Shown here: positions 44,791 to 53,741 of the stretch, one piece after another
Numbering within the stretch: position 1 is the stretch's first letter
Layout of the letters: the number at the start of each line of letters is the position of its first letter
Assembly: GCA_015060105.1 (NCBI GenBank)
Contig: SUZD01000010.1
Span: forward strand, 5,503 to 69,502
Length of the DNA: 64,000 bases
Direction of reading: 5' to 3'
DNA from: Rikenellaceae bacterium
GTDB taxonomy: Bacteria; Bacteroidota; Bacteroidia; Bacteroidales; Rikenellaceae
Position numbers and translations under genes: made by a program
The notes under the pieces: generated by a model
Told to the model about the DNA's origin: nothing
The model's input: only the letters and a program-made list of their open reading frames with translations
Database searches by the model: none

Positions 44791-45935
44791 TGAGCCTTAA
44801 AGTCATAGTTCTCGGCCCTGCATACCCCTATCGTGGCGGTTTGGCTACCATTATGGAGATGTTGGCACGCACATTTAATCGTCGTGGCGATAGCGCCGAA
44901 GTTATGACCTTCACGGTGCAATACCCCTCGTTGCTGTTCCCCGGCAAGAGCCAATTCCGTTCGGGAGAAGCACCCGCCGATATTCAAATAACCCGCTGTG
45001 TGAGTACCGTCAATCCGTTGAATTGGTCGAAGGTGGGTCGTATGATTCGCAGGGAGGCTCCCGATTTGCTTGTTTTCAAATATTGGACACCCTTTATGGC
45101 ACCCTGCTTTGGTCGTATTGCACGCCTTGCCCGTCGCAATGGTCGCACACGCACGGTGTGTCAAATTGATAATGTTATCCCGCACGAACACCACTTCTTC
45201 GATAAGATGCTGACGCGCTACTTTGTCGATAGTATGGACGGCTTTGTCTATATGTCGCACGAGGTTGGCCGCGACCTTGCGCAGTTTACCACAGGGCAGA
45301 AGAGTGTCTATTCGCCCCACCCGTTGTTCGAGAATTTGGGTGCGCGCTTGGAGCGTGACGAGGCTTGTCGCCGAATGGGGCTTAATCCCGAAGTTCGTTA
45401 TATGCTCTTCTTTGGTCTGATTCGTGACTATAAGGGGCTCGATATGCTGTTGGAGGCGTGGTCGAAGCTCAAAACGGAGGGCAAAACCGAGGGTCGCCGA
45501 CTGATTGTGGCGGGCGAGTTCTATACCGATAAAAAGCCCTATACCGAACTTATCGACCGACTTGGCTTGGCCGATGATGTGATTTTGCACGATTGGTTTG
45601 TGCCCGATGACGAGGTGCCTGCCTACTTCTCGATTGCCGATGCGCTGGTGCTGCCGTATCGCACCGCAACACAGAGTGGCGTTACGCAGATAGCCTATAA
45701 CTTTGACGTTCCGATGATTGCAACCAATGTCGGAGGTCTGGGCGAGATTGTTCTCGATGGACAGACGGGTATTGTGTGCTCGCCCGATGTCGAGGGAATT
45801 GCAGGTGCGATAGACCAATTCTATACCCAAAATCTTGGCGAGAAGTTTACCGCCAATATGCCCGAAGCCAAGAAAAGATTTAGTTGGGAGTCGGCTGTCG
45901 AGGCTCTTGTCGAGTGCGCCGAAATCAAAAAATAG
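44790..45935 (+). CDS. Glycosyltransferase family 4
   Basis: 381 aa. The ATG overlaps the dsbD stop (TAATG). It has a GT-B C-terminal block GGLGEIVLDGQTGIV (E-x7-E-like). Confidence 0.85.
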   Translation: MSLKVIVLGPAYPYRGGLATIMEMLARTFNRRGDSAEVMTFTVQYPSLLFPGKSQFRSGEAPADIQITRCVSTVNPLNWSKVGRMIRREAPDLLVFKYWTPFMAPCFGRIARLARRNGRTRTVCQIDNVIPHEHHFFDKMLTRYFVDSMDGFVYMSHEVGRDLAQFTTGQKSVYSPHPLFENLGARLERDEACRRMGLNPEVRYMLFFGLIRDYKGLDMLLEAWSKLKTEGKTEGRRLIVAGEFYTDKKPYTELIDRLGLADDVILHDWFVPDDEVPAYFSIADALVLPYRTATQSGVTQIAYNFDVPMIATNVGGLGEIVLDGQTGIVCSPDVEGIAGAIDQFYTQNLGEKFTANMPEAKKRFSWESAVEALVECAEIKK

Positions 45936-45987
45936 GGCGCTCCAATATTCTCATTCACCGTTTTTGTGTTTTTTGTGTTTGATTTTG

Positions 45988-46018
45988 TTTGCAAATTCAA
46001 ACATTAAAAGTATCTTTG
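45988..46018 (+). promoter_or_regulatory. Candidate promoter for the SGNH esterase / BACON-LRR gene pair
   Basis: TTTG (45988-45991), a 19-nt spacer, then TAtcTTTG (46011-46018). Confidence 0.5.
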
Positions 46019-46088
46019 TATTATATTGCGTACAAAAGCAAAACAAACATAAATCACTTAATCACTAATTTTTAAAACTTTCAAGGTT

Positions 46089-46727
46089 ATGAAACGAATT
46101 TCAATGGCTCTTTTGGCTATTATGCTCTTCGTGGGTATCGGTCAAACAGCAGCCCAAATTCGCGTCGTTTTTGTGGGTGACTCTATTACCCGTATCTTTA
46201 ACGACTGTAATGCCGATTGGTTTGCCGAGAATAATTTCAGCAGACACGGTTATGACGGAAGAACAACCAGCTGGATGCTGAAAGGCTTCAAAGAGGGTGT
46301 TCTCGACAAGAATCCTCAATGTATTGTTATCGGTGCAGGTACCAATGACATCGCACAAAACGACGGCGTTTTCGTGTCGGTTGATCACATCTATGCCAAC
46401 ATCGTTAGCATGGTTGAGCAAGCACAAGCTGCCGGTATCAAAGTTATTATGACTACCGTTATGCCCTCTGAGAAGTATTGGTTCGCGCCTGCAAGCGTAG
46501 GTACTGTTGCCAATATTATCCCTCGTTTGAACAACAAATTGGAGGAGTATGCTGGAACACACGACTGCGGCTGGGTTGATTACTACTCGATGTTCGCTAC
46601 CGAGACCGGTAAATTTGACGAGCGTTGGTCGTATGACGACTGCCACCCGCACGATAAAAAGTTGTCGACTACTCACGTTATGAGAGAGTTGGTTGGCTCC
46701 GCAATTGATGCTATGTTGAACGAATAA
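46089..46727 (+). CDS. Secreted SGNH/GDSL-type esterase
   Basis: 212 aa with a signal peptide, block I FVGDSIT, block III GAGTND and block V DDCHPH. Confidence 0.8.
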   Translation: MKRISMALLAIMLFVGIGQTAAQIRVVFVGDSITRIFNDCNADWFAENNFSRHGYDGRTTSWMLKGFKEGVLDKNPQCIVIGAGTNDIAQNDGVFVSVDHIYANIVSMVEQAQAAGIKVIMTTVMPSEKYWFAPASVGTVANIIPRLNNKLEEYAGTHDCGWVDYYSMFATETGKFDERWSYDDCHPHDKKLSTTHVMRELVGSAIDAMLNE

Positions 46728-46741
46728 AAAGCGCTACAATT

Positions 46742-49700
46742 ATGAAAAAACTATCCATTTTTGCACTTGCAGCGCTTGTGTTCGCTGCGTGTACTAAACC
46801 TACACCCGAGCCCGAGGCTCCGGATCCCGTAATGACTGTCGATGCAACCGAGTACGAGGCTGCTAATGCTGCCGACGAGTTCATCTTCAATATTGACGCC
46901 AATATCGATTGGTATGTAACTACCGAGGCTGAGTGGCTTGACATCGCTCCCGCAGAGGGTAATGGCGTTTCGGCTGTTGTTGTTACTATCGCTGCTAACG
47001 AGACTTATGATGCTCGCGAGGGCGTGATTACCGTTGCTGCTTCGGATCCCGAGGCTGCTGCCGTTGTTGGCGAGAAAACTATCACTATCAGCCAAGCCGA
47101 GGCTAATGCCCTGATTGTTGGCGAGTCGAAATACGAGGTTGCAGCCGAGGCTACCACCATCGAGATTAAAATTTCGACTAACGTAGAGTACACCGTAGAG
47201 TGCTCGGCAGATTGGCTGACCCAAGCAGAGGCTACTCGTGCTTTGGAGGAGAAAACTATCGTTATCAATGTTGCCGAGAATACCGAGTATGACAATCGCG
47301 AGGGTATTGTAACCATCAAGAGCGAGCTCGGTTCGGACAAAGTAAAAGTTATCCAAGAGCAAAAACGTGCCGTTGTTTTGGGCGAGACTACGTTTAATGT
47401 TGAGGCCGAGGCAAACGTTATCGAGGTACCTTTGAAACGTAACACTATCTTCCGCACTACCACTTCGGTTGATTGGATTGAGCGCATTCGCGAGACTCGT
47501 GCTTTGGAGGACGACGTTGCCAAATTCCAAATCGCAGCCAATGAGGCAGCTGAGGCTCGTACAGGTTATATCTACTTCGAGACCGACGAGAGCAAAGACA
47601 GCGTTACCGTAAACCAAGCAGGTAGCCTCAATGCTCCTGTTGAGATTACCGATGCAAGATTTGCAAAATTCTTGCGCGACAACTTCGACACCAACGAGGA
47701 TAAAGCGTTGAGCATCGCCGAGTTGCAAGCTGTTACCGAGATTTCGTTCCCGAAATGTCCTACTTCGACTTATGTTTGGACAACTATTAGCGCTGCTAAT
47801 CTTTCGGGTATCGAGTATATGACCAACCTCGAAACTTTGGATATCACAGGTAGCAAGGTTACTTCGCTTGACCTTTCGAACAATACCAAGCTTACTTCGA
47901 TTACCGCAGCTGATACCAAACTTACCGCTTTGGACGTTTCGATGCTTCCCGAGCTGACCTATTTGAACGTTGGTGCATCGCCTATCGAGTCGCTCGACCT
48001 GTCGAACAACACCAAACTTACATATTTGTGTGTTTCGGGTTGTGCTTTGAAAGAGCTCAATGTGTCGGCTTTGACCGAGCTTACCGTTTTGGATTGTGCT
48101 TACAACAACCTTACTTCGCTCGACGTTGCAGCTAATACCAAACTCGTTGGTTTGTACTGTAATGGTAACAAACTTACCGAGCTTAATGTTTCGGCATTGT
48201 CTTCTTTGGCTCGTTTGAACTGCGAACACAACCAACTTGCCGCTTTGGACGTAACTGCTAATAGCAACCTTACCGTTCTTAACTGCGGTCGCAACAAACT
48301 TTCCAGCCTCAAAGCAACAGGCCTTGCCAACTTGACTATCTTGTCGGCTCCCTACAATATGACTTTGAGCTCGCTTGATTTGACCGGTTTGTCGAAACTT
48401 CGTAGCTTGACTTTGCCTCACACCGGCGTTACCTCGATTTCGACCGCAGCTTGCCCCGAGTTGGTACAAGTGAACTTGAATGAGAGCCCCTATTTGGAGA
48501 CTTTGGATATCTCGGCTTCGACCAAGATGACAACTCTTGTGGTTGATGGCACATCGATTAAGACTTTGGATGTTTCGGTTCACAAGAACTTGGGTTGCTT
48601 GTTGGCAAAAGATCCTCAAAACGAGACTATTACCACTACTCCGTTGGAGAGCATCACTCTTCCCGACGATATGAACCTCAATAAGATTCCCGCTGCTTAC
48701 ATCAAATTCGAATCGACCGAGTGGTTGGGCGGCTTTATTCCCGCGCCCAAACTCATTGATTTGAGTGCAAATGGTACTGCTAACTGCTACGTTGTAAGCC
48801 AGGAGGATTGCGAGTACAAGTTCAAAGCAACTGTTAAGGGTAACGGCGTGACCGCTTTGTCGGGTGATGCAACTGCTATCGCTCCCACCAAAGCTCGTCT
48901 GTTGTGGGCTCAAAACCAAACCACAACTGACCCTGCAACTATTGGTTATCCCCAAGAGTATGGTGCAAGCAAGGCTGCTAACTTGGTTATTCCTGAGTCG
49001 GTAACTTTGGGTGAAGATGGTTACATCTACTTCAAGACAGGTGCCGATATGCCTAACGGTAACGTTGGTATCATCGCAACTGACGACGACGATAACATTC
49101 TTTGGAGCTGGCACTTGTGGGTTGTTAATGGTTACGACCCCGCAGCAACCGATATTCTTGTTAAGACCAAAGGTGTGGATACCTACTTCATGGACCGTAA
49201 CATCGGTGCATTCGTGAACTACGCAACCGTTGCAGCTCCCGATAACAATACTCACATTGCAAGCCGTGGTTTGTACTACCAATGGGGCCGTAAAGACCCG
49301 TTCATTGGTCACCAAAGCGCCCGCGGTTATGCAACACAAGCGTTGTTGTTCAATGCAGACGGAAGCAGTAGTAAACTTTACTCTTGCTATGGTGGCAATG
49401 CTGTATTCCAAGGCGTAGCACCCGAGGACGCTGCAAATAGCGACGATATCAATGCTATTATGGCATGGACCGCAGCTAATCCTCACCGCTTTGTCAAGGG
49501 TGTCGGCGCTAACGGTTACACTTGGGTTGCAACAACCAAATCGATTGCAGCCGCTGAGGACGCAGAGTGGACAAAACTTTGGGGTAACCCCGCACTTGAT
49601 GAGTCGTTGTACGACAAGGGTGGTGTGAAGACTATGCACGACCCCTGCCCCGTAGGCTATCGCGTACCTTCGACCGGTCACTATATCTTCATCACTTCGC

Positions 49701-50581
49701 ACGGCGACCAATCGTCGAACGGCTATGGCAACAACTTGCGTAACTGGCAGTTCAACTGCGTTGAGAAGATTTATGATGCAGATGGTAACCCCACAGGAAA
49801 GACCGATACAGGTTGGGCAAAATCGGCTCCCTTCGGTTTGCACTTCTACGCAAATGGTGTGAAGACCGCTTCGCCTGATGCTCAAAGTGGCGTTCAAGAC
49901 TATGGTGTTCTTCCCGCAGACCAAAGCGTTATCTACTTCCCCGCACAAGGTTGGATTCCCTATGGATTTACTTGCAGCAGCAATGATAACGAGTTGCAAT
50001 ACCAAACCAACCGTCCTGCTAAGGGTAAGATCAACTGCAACCGTATGATGTGCTCGAACGATGGTAACTTCTACTACGGTTGGACAAACGTTAACTGGGG
50101 TCAAGCAATGGGTCTTCCCGTTCGTTGTATCCGCGACGAGGCGGCTGATTTTGGCGGCAGCGAGGGTGATGACGATGTAGAGGATACAAGCGGTTACCTG
50201 ACTGCCAGCAACTTCACTTGGAACCCCGAGAAAAAAGAGGGTGCTACCGTTGAAGATGCAGGCGATGGTTATGTTAAGATTACCTTCACCGTTAAACAAC
50301 AAGGTTTCTGGGTTACTAACGACACTCAAACATCGTCTTCGACTGTTGCAGATATCGTTATCGAGGATATCAAAACTTTGTGCAATGGCGAGCCCGTCGA
50401 GATTACCAAAGGTTGTGGTTTCTACGCCGTTATTGATGGCACGGGAACATACTTTATGACCAGCACCGACAAAGCCAAAATTTACTCCGAGGGTGTTCAA
50501 TTCCAAACCTCGAACTCGGGTTATGGCGACCAACCTCTGCCTTTGACTATCCTTATGAAAGCCAAGCTGACTTTCAAGTAG
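46742..50581 (+). CDS. Giant lipoprotein: BACON-like x3-4, about 12 leucine-rich repeats, FISUMP/DUF1566-like lectin-type domain, C-terminal beta domain
   Basis: 1279 aa with lipobox VFAAC. W..I.P..G.....V.I..N BACON-like modules, 21-22-aa LDxSxNxxLxxLxCxxNxLxx repeats, then NCYVV, ILWSWHLWV, MDRNIGA, LYYQWGRKDPF and DPCPVGYRVPS motifs. The minus ORF 46751-50533 is a shadow. Confidence 0.85.
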   Translation: MKKLSIFALAALVFAACTKPTPEPEAPDPVMTVDATEYEAANAADEFIFNIDANIDWYVTTEAEWLDIAPAEGNGVSAVVVTIAANETYDAREGVITVAASDPEAAAVVGEKTITISQAEANALIVGESKYEVAAEATTIEIKISTNVEYTVECSADWLTQAEATRALEEKTIVINVAENTEYDNREGIVTIKSELGSDKVKVIQEQKRAVVLGETTFNVEAEANVIEVPLKRNTIFRTTTSVDWIERIRETRALEDDVAKFQIAANEAAEARTGYIYFETDESKDSVTVNQAGSLNAPVEITDARFAKFLRDNFDTNEDKALSIAELQAVTEISFPKCPTSTYVWTTISAANLSGIEYMTNLETLDITGSKVTSLDLSNNTKLTSITAADTKLTALDVSMLPELTYLNVGASPIESLDLSNNTKLTYLCVSGCALKELNVSALTELTVLDCAYNNLTSLDVAANTKLVGLYCNGNKLTELNVSALSSLARLNCEHNQLAALDVTANSNLTVLNCGRNKLSSLKATGLANLTILSAPYNMTLSSLDLTGLSKLRSLTLPHTGVTSISTAACPELVQVNLNESPYLETLDISASTKMTTLVVDGTSIKTLDVSVHKNLGCLLAKDPQNETITTTPLESITLPDDMNLNKIPAAYIKFESTEWLGGFIPAPKLIDLSANGTANCYVVSQEDCEYKFKATVKGNGVTALSGDATAIAPTKARLLWAQNQTTTDPATIGYPQEYGASKAANLVIPESVTLGEDGYIYFKTGADMPNGNVGIIATDDDDNILWSWHLWVVNGYDPAATDILVKTKGVDTYFMDRNIGAFVNYATVAAPDNNTHIASRGLYYQWGRKDPFIGHQSARGYATQALLFNADGSSSKLYSCYGGNAVFQGVAPEDAANSDDINAIMAWTAANPHRFVKGVGANGYTWVATTKSIAAAEDAEWTKLWGNPALDESLYDKGGVKTMHDPCPVGYRVPSTGHYIFITSHGDQSSNGYGNNLRNWQFNCVEKIYDADGNPTGKTDTGWAKSAPFGLHFYANGVKTASPDAQSGVQDYGVLPADQSVIYFPAQGWIPYGFTCSSNDNELQYQTNRPAKGKINCNRMMCSNDGNFYYGWTNVNWGQAMGLPVRCIRDEAADFGGSEGDDDVEDTSGYLTASNFTWNPEKKEGATVEDAGDGYVKITFTVKQQGFWVTNDTQTSSSTVADIVIEDIKTLCNGEPVEITKGCGFYAVIDGTGTYFMTSTDKAKIYSEGVQFQTSNSGYGDQPLPLTILMKAKLTFK
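47800..48590 (+). repeat. Leucine-rich-repeat coding array (about 12 units of 63-66 bp)
   Basis: Periodic LD(L/V)S..T.L..L.. units are read directly from the translation. Confidence 0.8.
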
Positions 50582-50600
50582 GAGTTATATATTTGTTGAG

Positions 50601-50634
50601 AAAAGGAGTGCAAAATTTTGCACTCCTTTTTTTG
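50601..50634 (+). terminator. Rho-independent terminator after the BACON-LRR gene
   Basis: Perfect 12-bp stem AAAAGGAGTGCA/TGCACTCCTTTT followed by a T-run. Confidence 0.85.
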
Positions 50635-50702
50635 TTTTTCTCCAAGGGCGCACAAATGTTGGAAAGCCCTCAAAAAAAGAGGTGTTATTTGTGTAACATT
50701 TC

Positions 50703-50734
50703 ATTGGAATTTCGGCGAATTATAAATATCTTTG
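50703..50734 (+). promoter_or_regulatory. Candidate promoter for the DUF4301-like gene (and possibly the V-ATPase operon)
   Basis: aTTG (50703-50706), a 20-nt spacer, then TAtcTTTG (50727-50734). Confidence 0.4.
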
Positions 50735-50772
50735 TACAATCATCCGTATTATTTTCAAAAAGATAGTAAAAT

Positions 50773-52212
50773 ATGTCGTGGAGTAACCGAGATTTGGCCC
50801 AGATTGCCGAGCGTGATATGTCGCCCAAGGCTGTCGAAAAACAACTTCAATGTTTTGTTAATGGTTTCGATTTTCTGCCCGTTGTGGCGGCCGCTACCGT
50901 AGGACACGGTATTATGGCAACCACACCCGAGCAAAATGCCTACTATGCCGAGGTGTATCGCAAAAGCCTCGCAACACGCAAAGTGGTTAAATTTGTGCCT
51001 GCATCGGGCGCTGCTACACGAATGTTCAAAGAACTTTTTGCCTTTGTCGGTGAGAACAAAGGCTCCGAAGCCGTCAATACGCTGCTTGCACGTATCGACG
51101 ACTTTGCTTTTGCGGGCGAGTTGTGGAAGTGCGTCAATCGCAATGCCGATGACAAAGAGATTGTAAGTGCAATCATTGGCAAGGGCTTGGAGTATGGCGT
51201 TAAACCCAAAGGTATGGTGTTGTTCCACAAGTACGCCGACGAGGTGCGCACAGCTCTCGAAGAGCACTTGGTAGAGGGCGCAATGTATGGCGCATCGAAT
51301 GGCGTGGTAAATATCCACTTCACTGTATCGCCCGAGCATATCGCAGGTTTCAAGCATCTGCTCGATGGTGTGGTTGCGAAGTACGAGAAGCGTTTTGGTG
51401 TGAAGTATCGCATCGACTTCTCGGTACAAAAACAGAGCACCGACACTATCGCCGTTAATCCCGACAATACACCTTTCCGTAACGCCGACGGCTCGTTGTT
51501 GTTCCGTCCCGCCGGTCACGGCGCACTTATCGAGAACCTTGCCGCTATTGACGCCGACATCGTGTTCGTGAAGAATATCGACAATGTGACCGTCGATTCG
51601 CGCAAAGCGACAACCGTTGAGTACAAACAAGTGCTGGCAGGTCTTTTGATTGATGTGCAGACCAAGGCGTTTGACTATATCGAGAAGATTGACCGTGGCT
51701 GTGCCAACGAGGACGAGATTAAAGCGTTCGTGGAGCGCGAGTTGAGCGTCGAACTACCCGAGGAGTGCAACCTCGCACAACTGCGTACAATCCTGAACCG
51801 CCCGATTCGTGTGTGTGGTATGGTGCGCAACGAGGGCGAGCCCGGAGGTGGTCCGTTCTGGGTTAAGGCGGCTGATGGCAGCGTGTCGTTGCAGATTGCC
51901 GAGTCATCGCAAATTGCACCCGAGGATAAACACCTTATGAGCGAGGCTACCCACTTCAACCCCGTAGATTTGGTGTGCGGTGTGCAAGACCACAATGGCG
52001 ACAACTTCAACCTCCGCGAGTACGTCGATCCTGCAACAGGCTTCATTTCGAGCAAGAGCAAAGATGGTCGCGAGTTGAAGGCTTTGGAGTTGCCCGGCTT
52101 GTGGAATGGTGCAATGGCTCGTTGGAATACCCTGTTTGTCGAGGTTCCTTCGGCAACATTCACCCCCGTTAAGAGCGTGGTAGATTTGTTGCGTGACGAG
52201 CACCAAAACTAA
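50773..52212 (+). CDS. DUF4301-like protein (nucleotidyltransferase-like fold suspected)
   Basis: 479 aa. The N-terminus DLAQIAERDMSPKAVEKQLQCFVNGFDFL resembles the DUF4301 N-terminus as I remember it. It also has PASGAATRMFK and FRPAGHGALI. Confidence 0.65.
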   Translation: MSWSNRDLAQIAERDMSPKAVEKQLQCFVNGFDFLPVVAAATVGHGIMATTPEQNAYYAEVYRKSLATRKVVKFVPASGAATRMFKELFAFVGENKGSEAVNTLLARIDDFAFAGELWKCVNRNADDKEIVSAIIGKGLEYGVKPKGMVLFHKYADEVRTALEEHLVEGAMYGASNGVVNIHFTVSPEHIAGFKHLLDGVVAKYEKRFGVKYRIDFSVQKQSTDTIAVNPDNTPFRNADGSLLFRPAGHGALIENLAAIDADIVFVKNIDNVTVDSRKATTVEYKQVLAGLLIDVQTKAFDYIEKIDRGCANEDEIKAFVERELSVELPEECNLAQLRTILNRPIRVCGMVRNEGEPGGGPFWVKAADGSVSLQIAESSQIAPEDKHLMSEATHFNPVDLVCGVQDHNGDNFNLREYVDPATGFISSKSKDGRELKALELPGLWNGAMARWNTLFVEVPSATFTPVKSVVDLLRDEHQN

Positions 52213-52244
52213 AAGCAAAATACATAAAATAAACATATACAAAG

Positions 52245-52859
52245 ATGGAAAACAAACTTCAAAAACTTACCGAGCAACTCTACGAGGAGGGTCTCTCGAA
52301 AGGTCGTGCAGATGCCGAGAAACTTGTTGCTGATGCTCAAACCAAAGCCAAAGCAATCGTAGCCGAGGCCAAAGCCGAGGCCGAGGCTATCGTAGCCGCT
52401 GCTCAAAAACAAGCCGAGGATTTGTCGAAAAACACAATGACCGAAATCTCGCTCGCAGGCCGTCAGGCTGTGGCAAAACTCAAAAGCGAAATCAACGGAA
52501 TGATTGTAGCCGAGACCGCATCGAAAGCAGTTGCCGAGGCTACCCTCGATGCCGCTTTTGTGAAAGATATGTTGTTGGCTGTTGCCAAAAATTGGAATGG
52601 CGCTTCGACCGACAAGGTTAGCCTTTCGGCTCTTCTTCCCGCCGACAAACAAGCCACTTTGGATAAGGCTTTCGCTGCATCGACCAAAGAGTTGTTGGAG
52701 GCAGGTGTAGAGGTCGCTTACAGCAAGGGCGTTAAGAGCGGTTTCAAAATCGGCCCCAAAGAGGGTGGTTACTACATCAGCTTTGCTGACGAGGATTTCG
52801 ACGCTCTGTTGGGCGAGTACCTGCGTGATAAAGTTTCGACACTTCTGTATAAAGCGTAG
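52245..52859 (+). CDS. atpE: V-type ATP synthase subunit E
   Basis: 204 aa with an A/E/K-rich long helix (AEAKAEAEAIVAAAQKQAEDL) and a globular C-terminus. It is the first gene of the V-ATPase cluster. Confidence 0.8.
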   Translation: MENKLQKLTEQLYEEGLSKGRADAEKLVADAQTKAKAIVAEAKAEAEAIVAAAQKQAEDLSKNTMTEISLAGRQAVAKLKSEINGMIVAETASKAVAEATLDAAFVKDMLLAVAKNWNGASTDKVSLSALLPADKQATLDKAFAASTKELLEAGVEVAYSKGVKSGFKIGPKEGGYYISFADEDFDALLGEYLRDKVSTLLYKA

Positions 52860-52864
52860 GTGTG

Positions 52865-53710
52865 ATGTTCCAAAAACAGTATTATACTCTTGTCGCAGGG
52901 CTTCGTGAGTGGGCGTTGGACGCCGACACCAAGGGGTTTGATGCGCGCGAAATTATCAGCGAGATTGCCGAGCAACTCACCGATAAGGATTTGCGTGCTG
53001 TGCGCCTGTTGTACACGTTCTACGACATAGAGAATATTATAGGTATGCGCAGCGGTCGCAGCCGTTTCGTGACATTGGGCAACTTCTCGGCCGAGGAGTT
53101 GGCTGCCGAAATGGAGCGTCCCGAAGAGTTGCCGGCTTTCATTCAGCGACTCCTTGCTGCCTATGCCCGTCCCGACGATGTGGAGTACGACGATATTGAC
53201 TGCTCCGTACCGTTCGAGAAGGCTATCTTCGAGGCCTATTATGTAGAGTGTGCACGCTCGTCGAGCGGTTTTCTGCGTGAGTGGGCGGAGTTCGACAAGG
53301 CACTTCGCAATGTGAGTGCCGCAATTACGGCTCGCCGTCTGGATATTCCCGTGGCCGAGGTTGTGGTTGGCGATGACGAGATTATTGCCGGCCTAACCAA
53401 GAGTTCGGCTGTGGATTTCGGATTGAAGGGCGAACTACCCTGGATTGATTCTCTGCTGTCGGCACTTGCCGATGATGTCAATATGCTCGACAAGGAGCAT
53501 CGCATCGACCAAATTCGCTGGGAGCATACCGAGGAGATGACCGCATTCGATTATTTCAATATCGACGTGGTGCTGGCCTATCTGATTCGTATCAATCTTG
53601 TACATCGCTGGTGTGCTCTTGATGTTGAGCGTGGCCGCGAGATGTACAAAAAACTTGTTGGAGGTTTGAGCGCGCGTGAGCAAATCGAAAACGCAGCCAA
53701 AACCGAGTAA
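52865..53710 (+). CDS. DUF2764-like protein (putative V-ATPase C/d-like subunit)
   Basis: 281 aa, conserved in position between E and A in Bacteroidetes V-ATPase operons. The ATG at 52865 is 3 nt inside the GTG-initiated track ORF. Confidence 0.7.
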   Translation: MFQKQYYTLVAGLREWALDADTKGFDAREIISEIAEQLTDKDLRAVRLLYTFYDIENIIGMRSGRSRFVTLGNFSAEELAAEMERPEELPAFIQRLLAAYARPDDVEYDDIDCSVPFEKAIFEAYYVECARSSSGFLREWAEFDKALRNVSAAITARRLDIPVAEVVVGDDEIIAGLTKSSAVDFGLKGELPWIDSLLSALADDVNMLDKEHRIDQIRWEHTEEMTAFDYFNIDVVLAYLIRINLVHRWCALDVERGREMYKKLVGGLSAREQIENAAKTE

Positions 53711-53741
53711 AAAGCAAAAATATATAAACAAATAAATACAA

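Noticed and set aside
49000-50150. Diversity-generating retroelement target in the lectin-like (FISUMP/DUF1566-like) domain
   Set aside because: There is no reverse transcriptase and no template repeat with adenine-specific mismatches anywhere in the window. The in-window repeats differ at all base types.
46751-50533. 1260-aa minus-strand ORF opposite the BACON/LRR gene
   Set aside because: It has the same shadow-ORF explanation. The + frame carries the lipobox, LRR periodicity and conserved WGRKDPF / CPxGYRVP motifs.
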